From: Nodularia phage vB_NspS-kac68v162
Length of the DNA stretch: 53,485 nt
Reading direction: 5' to 3' (one strand)
Sequence record: MK605246.1
The translations under genes were made by a program, and so were the position numbers. The notes beneath the pieces are model-generated. The model had not been told where the DNA came from. It was given only the letters and a program-made list of their open reading frames with translations, and ran no database searches. Shown here in pieces: positions 18,901 through 27,915 of the stretch (positions are counted from its first letter, which is position 1; each line of letters begins with the position of its first letter).

Positions 18901-20466
18901 TATAAACTACGAGCAATTGTGAAAGGTACAGGTATTGCGCCTAATAAGTTACCTAAGCAGTTCACACCTCCCGATAGCTGGGGGAAAGGTGCTGATGTTA
19001 AATCTGAAGCTGGTAAGGAAGTTAAAACACAGGCATCTAAAACAAGCACTGGAGGCAAGCCAACAGTAGCTACTCTACAAAAGCAATATGCCGATGTGGG
19101 ATTAACATTTGAAAAAGATCAGGATAACAACAGATATCCGTACAAAGTTACTAATGCTGATGGGAAGTTTAACAGGTATAAGACTCTATCTGAGGCTAGG
19201 GAAGCATTACCAAAATTAGCTGAAACAGAGAAGACTAGAGCATCTAAAACAAGTGTGACTAGCAGCAAATACGAAGTGGAAGATTTTGAGGCAGCAGAGG
19301 GAGTTGCTAAATTGGAGAGTGATCTTAGGATGGCGGATGGTATGCTAAAAGCCATTAAAGAAACTATCACAGCACTGGACGATGAATTAAAGGATGTTAA
19401 GGGTAGTAAGCGTAACAGCTATACCGTAAGTGGGTTATCCGGTAAGAAAAAACTCACTAAGGAACAAATGATATCCTCCATATTAGATAAACAAGAGGAT
19501 TATAAAAATATGATTCAGCAAGCGGAGGATAGGAGGAAAAAAACTAAAGATGGTTTGAGTAAAGTACCAGAAGATGCAACTAAAGCATACAACTACCTAT
19601 ACAAGAGAGTAGACCCAGATAGTATAACCTCTGAATATGGCTTAATAGAAGCTGGTAAGAAACGCGGTTTTAAAGTAGGTAAAAGGTTTGGCAACTACAT
19701 CATTGACCAAAACAAATACGATAGTGATTACAAACTACCTACAAAACTAGGGTCTGATTTGGAAGAAGCCGTTTACGGACTAAACACAGCTATTGCGAGA
19801 GGTGAATTTGTAAAATCCTTAAACACTTCACCGGACATCGAAGTATCTATGCAGGGCGAGAGTTATACGGTTTTAAATAAGAAGACAGGTGAGGAGCAAA
19901 GATTTGAGTTCTATAGAGGATTTGAGGATGTCAAAAAAGCTGTAGACTCTTTCTCAAACACTCAAAATAAACAAAACAGCACCGTAAGCAACATCAAAGG
20001 TTTAGAAGAGCGAAACAAACAGAAACTAGCGAAGTCAAGTGCATCGGAAGCGCGATCGCTCGTAGAAAACCTAACTAACGCTCAGGACGTACTCAAAAAA
20101 CTAGACGAGTATGAACTGGTGGAAGGTTCTAAAAGGAATCGTTGGTTTAGTCCAGACCCCAAGGATGATGTTATGGACGATGAAGACTACAACGACGCTG
20201 TAAAATCAGCCCAAAATGAACTCAAGGACACCTACACCCGCTTGTTACCATCAACCAAAATCAAAGGGCTACAACCAGATTTACTTGGTGGTGACATGAC
20301 TGCGATCGTTTCTCTCCCTGGTGGTGGTACTGAGGTGTGGAATACTTCTAAGGTCAAACCTGCTAAGGATGTTCCTAGCTTGCAGGATAAGGAAAGTGGG
20401 TTGTATGTCTATCCCACGTTGCCTGTGCAGGAGAAGGTTGAGAGTAAACCCAAAAAACGAACCTAG
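15934..20466 (+). CDS. Very large Lys-rich multidomain protein, possibly polyvalent-type
   Basis: 1510-aa uninterrupted ORF; Cys cluster CSEGSKTCHGADGKTKYCINKNFKC; PEPEPEPV linker. Confidence 0.7.
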   Translation: MSLSHLFHNLREYTIGKNGIETANLLTPSKTIAAIRKCEENQLEFAEFMESEQDYKRLGLELKSVLENVYGDTIDGFEGVKVSNGEIKGFFFSNLSPTLVKKFQFTASPQGIYFELINANEINNANVSFQEAGLYANDVVDFATAAGDKKKRVIKNCSEGSKTCHGADGKTKYCINKNFKCATERKATPAERKSRTVKPSPEDAAKLEKIVQRGEVAAEKFTKARVSKDKLAKLDQQLRDELSTGGEVDVLKLQRKLKYPATTYGNDPLNNPVNRLLADMRTKGELEANESGDKVKLSKSDKSSETINSKTAKNQESAKGSDKIADTGKTKGKAVLESKSKTIKEAEIAHKKISDDIAAKTRKFGIDEIFKDDYLFNPTGMEVLIRKDAKFIPAKVVSLQTSYKDNLNKATPTGRLVVETQDGTRALRMSNGILDSKKVSADDLKEMNALAKQQSEAMVTLKKSDEDYYYTKNLNALDTLKTQQVELLDKIAAAKTPAERRSLNKELQATRKEMDALKAGDNKKEEWRKQSEQSYDKAFNGEKFSYDTKEGKIIAKYVQGRDGVNYLKMYKDDSDNPFQSPIMNRSELSNFIDGLHNPKIQDASGFNSTPVFDKKGTRKEMEDLKVGGDRGGEGKEVAKKVPQSEKSYEQIAQEREGADLTYRQAKDAPKGGAVNQNYGNSQATIADALNRKVFGVGNGEKIYNWAKKHDVDLFKLQMDANNDFSISTDGKRSADNRALMDAVVMGKPFKKTAPTVKTKPEPEPEPVAETKPRKVGNSEVGSVYDGDKRLEHHVSINGKSEHLFSVLGKDKYGEFKDQLAELQKKNNYDLSKYEPELDKLVDGFIADKQNPEPVVRGTANTSKAGVPTYTRDRTPAEVDEYNQHLDKVAKGLKAVKGEVALAFRTRGGGTVTKSVKATVYGESGLAYAPKTDAMGEEGFSTLSALVHAASGLKIIEVSTAKEAKRLSGLLADSGIDFSNPDLTTDADVAYKLRAIVKGTGIAPNKLPKQFTPPDSWGKGADVKSEAGKEVKTQASKTSTGGKPTVATLQKQYADVGLTFEKDQDNNRYPYKVTNADGKFNRYKTLSEAREALPKLAETEKTRASKTSVTSSKYEVEDFEAAEGVAKLESDLRMADGMLKAIKETITALDDELKDVKGSKRNSYTVSGLSGKKKLTKEQMISSILDKQEDYKNMIQQAEDRRKKTKDGLSKVPEDATKAYNYLYKRVDPDSITSEYGLIEAGKKRGFKVGKRFGNYIIDQNKYDSDYKLPTKLGSDLEEAVYGLNTAIARGEFVKSLNTSPDIEVSMQGESYTVLNKKTGEEQRFEFYRGFEDVKKAVDSFSNTQNKQNSTVSNIKGLEERNKQKLAKSSASEARSLVENLTNAQDVLKKLDEYELVEGSKRNRWFSPDPKDDVMDDEDYNDAVKSAQNELKDTYTRLLPSTKIKGLQPDLLGGDMTAIVSLPGGGTEVWNTSKVKPAKDVPSLQDKESGLYVYPTLPVQEKVESKPKKRT

Positions 20467-20716
20467 TACACCAAAAACACCGACTCCCGTAAAAATAGGA
20501 AACTTGCAAATAGCTGTAAATCCTGCCTTACATTCCGAACTTAACCTAGAGTTTGACCCCGTAACAGCGTGGACGATAACAGGTAAGGACGGTCAAAAAG
20601 TTAGGGAATCTATAAAGCTTGATAAGACTCAACCAATTGTGAGGTTTAAAACCAAAGACGCTGCTGAAAGGTTTGCTCAGAAAATTCTTAAGTCTGCTGA
20701 AAAGTTAAATGTCTAG
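20321..20716 (+). CDS. Possible frameshifted C-terminal continuation of the 1510-aa protein; coding-like from about 20455
   Basis: VNPKNEPSTPKTPTPVKIGNLQIAVNPALHSELNLEFDPVTAWTITGKDGQKV in the +1 frame. Confidence 0.45.
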   Translation: MVVLRCGILLRSNLLRMFLACRIRKVGCMSIPRCLCRRRLRVNPKNEPSTPKTPTPVKIGNLQIAVNPALHSELNLEFDPVTAWTITGKDGQKVRESIKLDKTQPIVRFKTKDAAERFAQKILKSAEKLNV

Positions 20717-20814
20717 TTAGGGGTTTGTAACTGTTCGGTAATTTCTACCTATAACTAGACAAACCTAACGGAACGTCCATATAATTAACTCAGTCAAGTA
20801 AAGGAGTTAATTAT

Positions 20815-21453
20815 ATGGAAAACCACGAAGTGATGATTTCAATAGGAGATACTGCTAAAGAACTTGGTGTTTCGGTAAAAACAATTCGCAGATGGGCAAA
20901 TGCTGGCAAATTGCGCTTTGAGCGCAGCCCATCAGGTCATAGAAGATTTTTTCTTGCGGATATAAAACGGATAACACCGAGAGATTTTAACAAGCTAGAA
21001 GACCGTGTAACGATTAACTACGCTCGCGTTTCTAGTCATGACCAAAAAGATGATTTAACCCGGCAAATACAAGTATTAGAAGCTTTTAGTGGTACTAATG
21101 GCTGGCAGTTTGAAACTATTCAGGATTTAGGGTCTGGACTCAACTACAACAAAAAAGGACTTCAAAAATTGCTTAAGCGCATCATGAAAGGCGATGTTGG
21201 TCGATTGGTGGTGACTCATAAAGATAGATTGCTCAGATTTGGCTCAGAACTTGTCTTTGCAATGTGTGAGGAGTACGAGACTGAGGTAGTAATTATCAAC
21301 AAATCTGCTGAAGAGATAACATTTGAGCAAGAGCTAGTCACGGACATGATTGAGTTAATCACTGTGTTTTCGGCACGTTTGTATGGTTCTCGGAGTCGCA
21401 AAAATAAGAAACTTTTAGATAACGTAGCTAAAGCTGTGCAAGAATCTTCCTAA
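20815..21453 (+). CDS. tnpA: IS607-family serine recombinase TnpA
   Basis: MerR-like HTH (DTAKELGVSVKTIRRWANAGKLRFERSPSGHRRF) then resolvase domain INYARVSSHDQKDDL...GRLVVTHKDRLLRF. Confidence 0.95.
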   Translation: MENHEVMISIGDTAKELGVSVKTIRRWANAGKLRFERSPSGHRRFFLADIKRITPRDFNKLEDRVTINYARVSSHDQKDDLTRQIQVLEAFSGTNGWQFETIQDLGSGLNYNKKGLQKLLKRIMKGDVGRLVVTHKDRLLRFGSELVFAMCEEYETEVVIINKSAEEITFEQELVTDMIELITVFSARLYGSRSRKNKKLLDNVAKAVQESS

Positions 21454-21455
21454 AT

Positions 21456-22431
21456 ATGTTGACATGGGGTAGATTTGGGTATATATTTAAGAAGTCACCA
21501 AAACATTGTGAGGTCGAAACAGTGCTGCTTTCCTTTAAAACAAGTCTAATCCCAAATAAAAAACAGGTAACTGCTTTTCGTAAAGCCTCTGGTGTTGCTA
21601 GACACGCCTATAACTGGGCTAACGCTCAAATACAAGATGCTCTAGCTAATAAAGTTGAAGGAGAGAAACTTAAGGTTCCCAGTTCTATCGACTTGCATAA
21701 AAAGCTAGTTGCCGAAGTTAAACTGGAAAACGCTTGGTACTACGAAGTTAATAAGAACACCCCTCAAAAAGCTTTAGCTGATTTGCGGCAAGCATGGGAT
21801 AGATGTTTTAAAAAGACTTCAAAACAACCAAGATTTAAAAAGAAAGGTCAACGAGATTCATTCTATCTAGAGTCAGGCACTAAAGCCAAACCAATGATTA
21901 AGAATGACGGTAAGAGAATCAAATTACCCTCTATTGGTTGGGTAAGATTAGCCGAGCCTTTACCAATTACAGCAATTCATAATTGCGTTATTTCAAGGCA
22001 AGCTGGTAGATGGTTTATCGCTATTAAATATGAAGTTGAACAGCCAAGTGTTACTAGCGACAGACCGACTATTGGTGTTGATATTGGAATCAAAGAATTA
22101 GCTGTTTGCAGTAATGGCAAAGTGTTCTCTAACCCTAAAGCATACCGACGTATGAGCAAGCGTATGAAGCGTTTGCAGCGTAGTGTAAGCAAAAAAGATA
22201 AAGGTTCTAAAAATCGTAACAAAGCGATTAAAAAACTTGCTAAATTACACGCTAAAGTGTCAAACATCCGTAAAGATTCAATTCACAAATTGACTCACTA
22301 TCTAGCTAAAAACCACAGCATTATAAAGATAGAGGATTTACACGTTAAAGCGTTTTTGAAGAATCATAAATTAGCAGGTGCGATTGCTGATTGTGGAATG
22401 TATGAGTTTAAACGTCAGTTGGAGTATAAGA
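21456..22431 (+). pseudogene. tnpB: IS607 TnpB, 5' part, interrupted by IscB element
   Basis: GVDIGIKELAVCS, IKIEDLHVKAFLKNHKLAGAIADCGMYEFKRQLEYK; resumes at 23958. Confidence 0.93.
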
Positions 22432-22640
22432 GAGCATAAATAAACGGAGTAATCTGTAGTTTATGTGAACCAAACCACTCAAAACATGAGTAAACGTTAT
22501 CTAGGTCATAACACCTTGGGATTCGCTAGTCCCCTGCCATGTTGCTACTTATTAAACAATCCGCAAGGATAGTGTATTTAGCATAACAAGCTCAGATAAC
22601 AAGGTTGAAGCAAACATTACCCTGAAAAGGTGAAATTTAA
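22432..22640 (+). ncRNA. Candidate IscB omega-RNA (HEARO) scaffold
   Basis: ORF-free segment directly upstream of iscB; GGGATTCGCTAGTCCC hairpin and AACAAGGTTGAAGC before the start codon. Confidence 0.75.
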
Positions 22641-23918
22641 ATGTCTAATTTTGTTCTAGTTCTTGATACCAACAAAAAACCACTTACTCCAATTCATCCA
22701 GGAGATGCACGTTTTTTATTAAATCAACAAAAAGCTGCTGTATTTAGAAGATTTCCATTTACCATAATTTTGAAAGAACCTAAATCTGAAGTTCCAACTC
22801 AACCGATTGAATTAAAAATAGATCCAGGGAGTAAAACTACAGGTTTTGCGTTAGTTCAAAATAATAAAGTCATCTGGGGTATGGAATTACAACACAGAGG
22901 TTTAGCTATTAAAGAAAGCCTAGAAACTCGAAAAGGAGTAAGGCGAGGAAGACGTTCTAGACATACTCGTTATCGTCAAGCTAGATTTCTTAACCGCACT
23001 AAACCTCAAGGTTGGTTAGCACCTTCTTTAAGCCATAGAGTTTTAACTATTAACACTTGGGTTAAAAGATTATGTAATTTTGCCCCAATAACTGACATAG
23101 TTCAAGAGCTTGCTAGGTTTGACCTACAGCAGCTAGAAAACCCGGAGATATCAGGCTTTGAGTATCAACAGGGAGAGTTACAAGGGTATGAAGTCCGTGA
23201 ATATCTTTTGAATAAATGGAATAGAAAATGTGCATACTGTACTGCGGAAAATGTCCCTTTACAAGTTGAGCATATTAAACCAAAAGCCAAAGGAGGAACT
23301 AATAGAATTTCTAATTTGTGTCTAGCTTGTGAGAAATGCAATATCAAAAAAGGTACTCAAGATATTGAGAAGTTTTTAGCAAAAAAGCCTGAGTTGTTGA
23401 AGCAAATTTTATCCCAAGCCAAGCGTCCACTAAAAGATGCGTCTGCTGTAAATTCAACGAGATGGGCTTTATTTAATAAGTTAAAAGAAACTGGATTACC
23501 TATAACAACAGGTTCAGGAGGTTTAACTAAGTTTAATAGAACTCGTTTAGGATTGCCTAAAACTCATTGGATTGATGCTGCTTGTGTAGGAAAAGTTGAA
23601 ACTCTCAAAATACTGACAACAAAAATTTTAACAGTAAAAAGCACGGGGCATAGTTGCAGAAGATTCTGTAGGATCAATAAATTTGGTTTTCCTTGCACTG
23701 AGCCTAAAAAAATATTCACTCATGTTTCTACAGGAGATTTTGTTAAGGCTACTTTGCACAAAGATCGTAAAAACATAACTTCTGGAAAGTATGTAAGTCG
23801 TGTTAAAACTCCCACAAAAAACGGATGTGAGATTGTTATCAATGGTTTTAGAGTTGAATTTTCAACAATGAAAGATATTACTAAGGTTCATTGTAGTGAC
23901 GGGTATAGCTACGTTTGA
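22641..23918 (+). CDS. iscB: IscB RNA-guided nuclease, apparently intact
   Basis: PLMP-type N-term, RuvC-I LKIDPGSKTTGFALV, Arg-rich bridge helix, RuvC-II IVQELARFD, HNH CAYCTAENVPLQVEHIKPKAKGGTNRISNLCLAC, RuvC-III HWIDAACVG. Confidence 0.95.
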   Translation: MSNFVLVLDTNKKPLTPIHPGDARFLLNQQKAAVFRRFPFTIILKEPKSEVPTQPIELKIDPGSKTTGFALVQNNKVIWGMELQHRGLAIKESLETRKGVRRGRRSRHTRYRQARFLNRTKPQGWLAPSLSHRVLTINTWVKRLCNFAPITDIVQELARFDLQQLENPEISGFEYQQGELQGYEVREYLLNKWNRKCAYCTAENVPLQVEHIKPKAKGGTNRISNLCLACEKCNIKKGTQDIEKFLAKKPELLKQILSQAKRPLKDASAVNSTRWALFNKLKETGLPITTGSGGLTKFNRTRLGLPKTHWIDAACVGKVETLKILTTKILTVKSTGHSCRRFCRINKFGFPCTEPKKIFTHVSTGDFVKATLHKDRKNITSGKYVSRVKTPTKNGCEIVINGFRVEFSTMKDITKVHCSDGYSYV

Positions 23919-23957
23919 ATACGGAAAACTACAATTTTATGAGATTAAATGCAAAGA

Positions 23958-24304
23958 CAGAGAAATTTCAAAGTCAGTTAATATTAGTTGACCGATTTTT
24001 TCCTAGTTCACAAACTTGTTCTAACTGTGGAAATCATCGCCATAGAATGCCATTGAAAAACCGCATCTATGTTTGTCCCGATTGTGGTCATACAGAAGAC
24101 AGAGATTTGAATGCAGCTAAGAATATAGACCGATGGTTTGAGAATATTTTTATTCCTGAACGGTCAGAAATGGTGAGTTCCACCAAGATAGCCTGTGGAG
24201 TAGAAAAACCGCTTAGAAGTCATTCTAAGACTACTGTGAAGCAGGAAGTAAGCGCTAAAACTACTGATGTCCAGATAAGTCTAGATTTAAGTAGTTTTGG
24301 GTAA
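23958..24304 (+). pseudogene. tnpB: IS607 TnpB, 3' part
   Basis: EKFQSQLILVDRFFPSSQTCSNCGNHRHRM...CPDCGHTEDRDLNAAKNI. Confidence 0.93.
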
Positions 24305-24497
24305 GTTTTATAGAACGGCTACTAATTACATCTAAATAATCTCGACATCTCATGTATATCACTTATCTGAGATGTTTCTGCTGTTTCAAAAATCTGCTAT
24401 GATATAGAACTACCAGCATGAAATGGAGTGCGACAACACCCCAGATCATTTAACTTTCGCTGGTGAGTCCCTTAACAAGTTGAAACACAAGGAACCT

Positions 24498-25319
24498 ATG
24501 ACAAGTTTAACATTTTCAAAAGAACTCGCTCAAAGATTACTCGACTCAGACGAAGAATACCCTCTAACTTTAGATTTTGCTTGGCGATGCTTAGGTTACG
24601 CCTCTAAACAAAAAGCTAAGGACAAGTTAACAAGAAACTTCGATAGAGGTGTTGACTACATCCTCAACCAAATGGTTGAAAATACTGCTGCACAAGGATC
24701 ACAGACAGCAGGTCGTTTGTCTGAAGACTTGAGACTAACAGTTGAGTGTTTCAAATCTCTAGGAATGATGGCAGGTACAGAACAAGGTAAAACTGTCAGA
24801 AAATACTTCCTTGAATGTGAGAAGGTAGCCTGGAAAGCCTATAAAGAAAGTCAGCACCAGCCGCAGGTATACCAACTACCACCAGTGGATCGTAGAGTAA
24901 ACGACTTGATGAACTCAGTAGCAATGATGGATAAGCTACTTGGTTTAAATCCTTATATGCAACAGCAATTCAAGGATTTAATCGGTAATATGTTAACAAC
25001 AGAGAACCAAAAGTCACTACTAGGAGAGCAAACAGACTTCAGAGGAATTGTTGCACTAGCTGAGGACTTAGGTTTTAAAGTCTCAATTAAAGGCGACAAA
25101 TGCAGAACTAATCTTGGCAAATTCATTAAAATAGCTGCGCCGCATCTCGCCAATAAGAAAGAGAAAAGACTGTGCAACGAGACTCAACGACCAATATATG
25201 TTTACCCGTTGCATATTCCAGAAGTTAAGCAAGAGTTAACAGCATTGGTTTACGAGTTCTTTGAGGTTGCACCAATAACTAAGACCTTACCTATGAGACA
25301 GGTAGAATATCTGAACTAA
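24498..25319 (+). CDS. AntA/MSV199-type phage antirepressor-like protein (start re-assigned from 24423)
   Basis: LTLDFAWRCLGYASKQKAKDKLTRNFDRGVDY; LTVECFKSLGMMAGTEQGKTVRKYFLECEKVA. Confidence 0.75.
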   Translation: MTSLTFSKELAQRLLDSDEEYPLTLDFAWRCLGYASKQKAKDKLTRNFDRGVDYILNQMVENTAAQGSQTAGRLSEDLRLTVECFKSLGMMAGTEQGKTVRKYFLECEKVAWKAYKESQHQPQVYQLPPVDRRVNDLMNSVAMMDKLLGLNPYMQQQFKDLIGNMLTTENQKSLLGEQTDFRGIVALAEDLGFKVSIKGDKCRTNLGKFIKIAAPHLANKKEKRLCNETQRPIYVYPLHIPEVKQELTALVYEFFEVAPITKTLPMRQVEYLN

Positions 25320-25363
25320 CAAGCACATAACCAGCACTTAACCTCATACAACCAATAAACCCC

Positions 25364-25400
25364 AAAAGCCTAGCAGACAACAATGATCGCTGGGCTTTTA
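25364..25400 (+). terminator. Probable terminator
   Basis: AAAAGCCTAGC...GCTGGGCTTTT. Confidence 0.55.
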
Positions 25401-25551
25401 TCATATTCTAACTAAGTATAAAGAGTTGATAACAGTATATAAAATATTACCTACCAAATCTTAAAAAGTGTGATAAATTAATATAATAGATATATTGCAA
25501 TTTTTACCATAATGTGCATCTACCGTATCACCACTACAACAGGAGGGGGAT

Positions 25552-25962
25552 ATGTGCTATTTAGAGACGGTACACGATCGCAGTAGAGAACCTGAAATTA
25601 CAAACTTGCAGGGTGTCACCACTGTACTGGTAGGCAGATTTGCAGTATCTGATATTGTACTAAGCTACAAGTTTATTTCACGGCTACAGTGCGGTATTGC
25701 ACTATTCCCATTGAAAAGTCATCCCGTATGGATTGTTAAAGATGGATCACTAATTGATGACAAAAGAAACAGTAGTTATGGCACGTATGTGAACGGTTAT
25801 AAATTAGGTGACATTGAGATACGACAACTAAAACCAGGAGACTTGATTAGTTTCGCCAATAAAGCCTACCCGCATATTATCTTTAATTGTGAAAAGGAAG
25901 ATAACAATGAGAAGAACAGCGAAACTTTTGGGTGCGAATTTCCAGAAGATATTGAGCAATAA
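25552..25962 (+). CDS. FHA-domain protein
   Basis: VGRFAVSDIVLSYKFISRLQC..WIVKDGSLIDDKRNSSYGTYVNGYKL..IRQLKPGDLISF. Confidence 0.88.
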   Translation: MCYLETVHDRSREPEITNLQGVTTVLVGRFAVSDIVLSYKFISRLQCGIALFPLKSHPVWIVKDGSLIDDKRNSSYGTYVNGYKLGDIEIRQLKPGDLISFANKAYPHIIFNCEKEDNNEKNSETFGCEFPEDIEQ

Positions 25963-26533
25963 AAAGCTCATCATATTTATTAGTATCACCAGTGGTAGTG
26001 TTAGTATCTTCTACGTTGTGGGCTATATGCTGCCAGATTTCAATGCTCGTTTCGGTGCAGCTTTTTCTATATTTTCCACAGCGATAGGGCTATGGGTGAA
26101 ATCTGATGCGGATCTGAGTAAGAGATGCCGAGAAACAGAACAGGTCGAAGCAAACTTTAATCAAGAATTAAAAACACTAAAACAAGATATAGTGAAATCT
26201 CTGGATAAAGTGCTACTAGAGAGTAATTCTAAAGATGACTCGCACAGTAAGGATATCAACGCAGCGCTGCGATCAATTGACAGAGTAGAAGTTGCTTTGA
26301 ACCAACATATAAAGTCAGCAGGACATAGTGATACGCGAGTTGCTCTGGCTGATATAAGGGCTGAACTTAGTTTCCTTAAGTTACGGCAGTCACAAATTAC
26401 CGACGACATAAAGACAAAGCAGAACCTAGATATAGTTACCACGAGTATCAGAGACTTAACAGCACAAGTTAATAGTCTCAAACTCCAGATACAGCAAATA
26501 ACACCATCTGATTCAGAAGGTGTAAGTGGTTGA
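25889..26533 (+). CDS. Membrane-anchored coiled-coil protein
   Basis: Hydrophobic LIIFISITSGSVSIFYVVGYM then long helical heptads. Confidence 0.6.
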   Translation: MKRKITMRRTAKLLGANFQKILSNKKLIIFISITSGSVSIFYVVGYMLPDFNARFGAAFSIFSTAIGLWVKSDADLSKRCRETEQVEANFNQELKTLKQDIVKSLDKVLLESNSKDDSHSKDINAALRSIDRVEVALNQHIKSAGHSDTRVALADIRAELSFLKLRQSQITDDIKTKQNLDIVTTSIRDLTAQVNSLKLQIQQITPSDSEGVSG

Positions 26534-26553
26534 GTATTTGGTTGGTTGTAATA

Positions 26554-26997
26554 TTAAGCGGCTATTGCGGTGAAATTACATTGGTCATTTTCGTTAGTCA
26601 TGGTGTAGCTCTTAAGAGCAAATTTATAAGCCATCATGTAGTGACTGAACCTTTCAACCTCAGCGCCATCAACAATGATCACCCAAGGTTCAAAACTGTC
26701 ACCATCATTAACTAACATGGCTTCTGGTTTAACAGGTAATAAGGTTAGCTGAGGTTGGTGGTTAAGGATTGCTGTAACCCAGGTTGCTTTATAGCGTTTA
26801 TCTCCTTTTGGTGTGATACCAAGTTGAGATGCGATCGTTTTTAAGGTGCGGAGTTTTTTATGGTTGAGTTGTTTTTCGTTAAATTGTGGCATGATAGTAG
26901 AGCCTTTAAATGGGGTGAAGCAGTTGCCAAAGTTTCCAGCCCAAGCAACTGCTTCTTTATGCCTACTATAATAAACCCTCGGTTTAGGGTTTGCCAA
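26554..26997 (-). CDS. Hypothetical protein with SAP-like segment (start probably internal)
   Basis: HKKLRTLKTIASQLGITPKGDKRYKATWVTAIL. Confidence 0.55.
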   Translation of the reverse strand: MANPKPRVYYSRHKEAVAWAGNFGNCFTPFKGSTIMPQFNEKQLNHKKLRTLKTIASQLGITPKGDKRYKATWVTAILNHQPQLTLLPVKPEAMLVNDGDSFEPWVIIVDGAEVERFSHYMMAYKFALKSYTMTNENDQCNFTAIAA

Positions 26998-27011
26998 GTA
27001 ATTGCTAAATG

Positions 27012-27377
27012 TTAAACCTGATCAACGCGAACTGGTAGATCCGAGCGATCAGGCTCACGACTGTAAGCCATCCCAGAAAGGTCAAGCCCCAATACCACAT
27101 AACCCTCTACCAAAGCTGGATAGTCCTCTAGCACGTAGGTTATTCTAATCTTCGCAAGCTGTTGTCCCGTGTACTTTTTAGTTGAGCGATCAAACTCTCG
27201 CAACAGGATGTAATCACCGACTTTGAAATTGCGATCGTTGTTACGCACTTCAAAGGGCTTCTTCTTTGTGGCAACTAATCCAAAATAGTAAGGATCTACT
27301 TTCAGATCGTGTGTAACTGACATTCTTAAATCTACATCCTGTAATGCTTTGGTGTAGCTATCTGACATCTGTTTCAC
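27012..27377 (-). CDS. DUF3850/ASCH-like protein
   Basis: HDLKVDPYYFGLVATKKKPFEVRNNDRNFKVGDYILLREF. Confidence 0.8.
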   Translation of the reverse strand: MKQMSDSYTKALQDVDLRMSVTHDLKVDPYYFGLVATKKKPFEVRNNDRNFKVGDYILLREFDRSTKKYTGQQLAKIRITYVLEDYPALVEGYVVLGLDLSGMAYSREPDRSDLPVRVDQV

Positions 27378-27476
27378 CTCTGTAATTAATGACTAAAGCA
27401 TTACACACTTGTTTACCGCTTGTCAAGTCTCGGTTTAGGGTTTACTATATAAAAGTAACCACAAGTTAGAGGATAG

Positions 27477-27734
27477 ATGCAACTAGAACGAAAAATACAC
27501 AAAGATGTAACAGGACTAGGGGAGCGAATACGACAAGCCAGAATTGCCGACAAGCGATCGCTCCCCAAGTTAGCCGAGCTTGCTGGTATAAGCCACACAT
27601 ACTGGCGGGAAGTGGAAGCAGAGACAGTTAAGAACCTACAAGAACACACACTTGCCGGAATTGAGAAGGCGTTAGGTGTAAACTTTGGATTGACACTCCC
27701 CACGTCTAAAGCCGGGGGATTCTTGCCCACCTGA
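27477..27734 (+). CDS. XRE-family HTH regulator; C-terminus overlaps an IS right-end relic
   Basis: LGERIRQARIADKRSLPKLAELAGISHTYWREVEAETV. Confidence 0.8.
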   Translation: MQLERKIHKDVTGLGERIRQARIADKRSLPKLAELAGISHTYWREVEAETVKNLQEHTLAGIEKALGVNFGLTLPTSKAGGFLPT

Positions 27735-27860
27735 AAAAGGCGACAACGGGACATTCAAGTATCCCTCTACTCACTCAAAGAGCTTTTGCTCTCATTCGCG
27801 CATACTTTCTGAGTCAACCCATTATGGGGAACCTCGCTAGGCTTCTTGAATAAACTTGAG
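27692..27860 (-). ncRNA. TnpB-type omega-RNA plus right-end relic without TnpB ORF
   Basis: Minus strand: TAATGGGTTGA core ... AAGAATCCCCCGGCTTTAGACGTGGGGAGTGTCAA, matching the 2580-2616 IS end. Confidence 0.5.
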
Positions 27861-27915
27861 ATTGATAAAGGAAGCTACAGCGATATTGTTGCTGATGACG
27901 AGGATGATACGTTAG

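Larger units (their letters stand above)
22432..23957 (+). mobile_element. IscB (IS200/605-like, HEARO-type) element nested in tnpB
   Basis: Removing it leaves a 1323-nt open tnpB frame; 4-nt AAGA shared at both junctions (22428-22431, 23954-23957). Confidence 0.88.
20750..24340 (+). mobile_element. IS607-family element (tnpA + tnpB) containing a nested IscB element (outer boundaries approximate)
   Basis: Gene content; tnpB halves flank iscB. Confidence 0.85.

Noticed and set aside
16425-19370. Series of minus-strand ORFs of 68-135 aa inside the 1510-aa gene
   Set aside because: Antisense to a long coherent ORF; compositions look like reverse-complement artefacts of Lys/Glu-rich coding.
15934-20466. 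Phage tape-measure protein
   Set aside because: No other tail or structural genes in the window, and the sequence lacks an obvious hydrophobic or tape-like repeat pattern.
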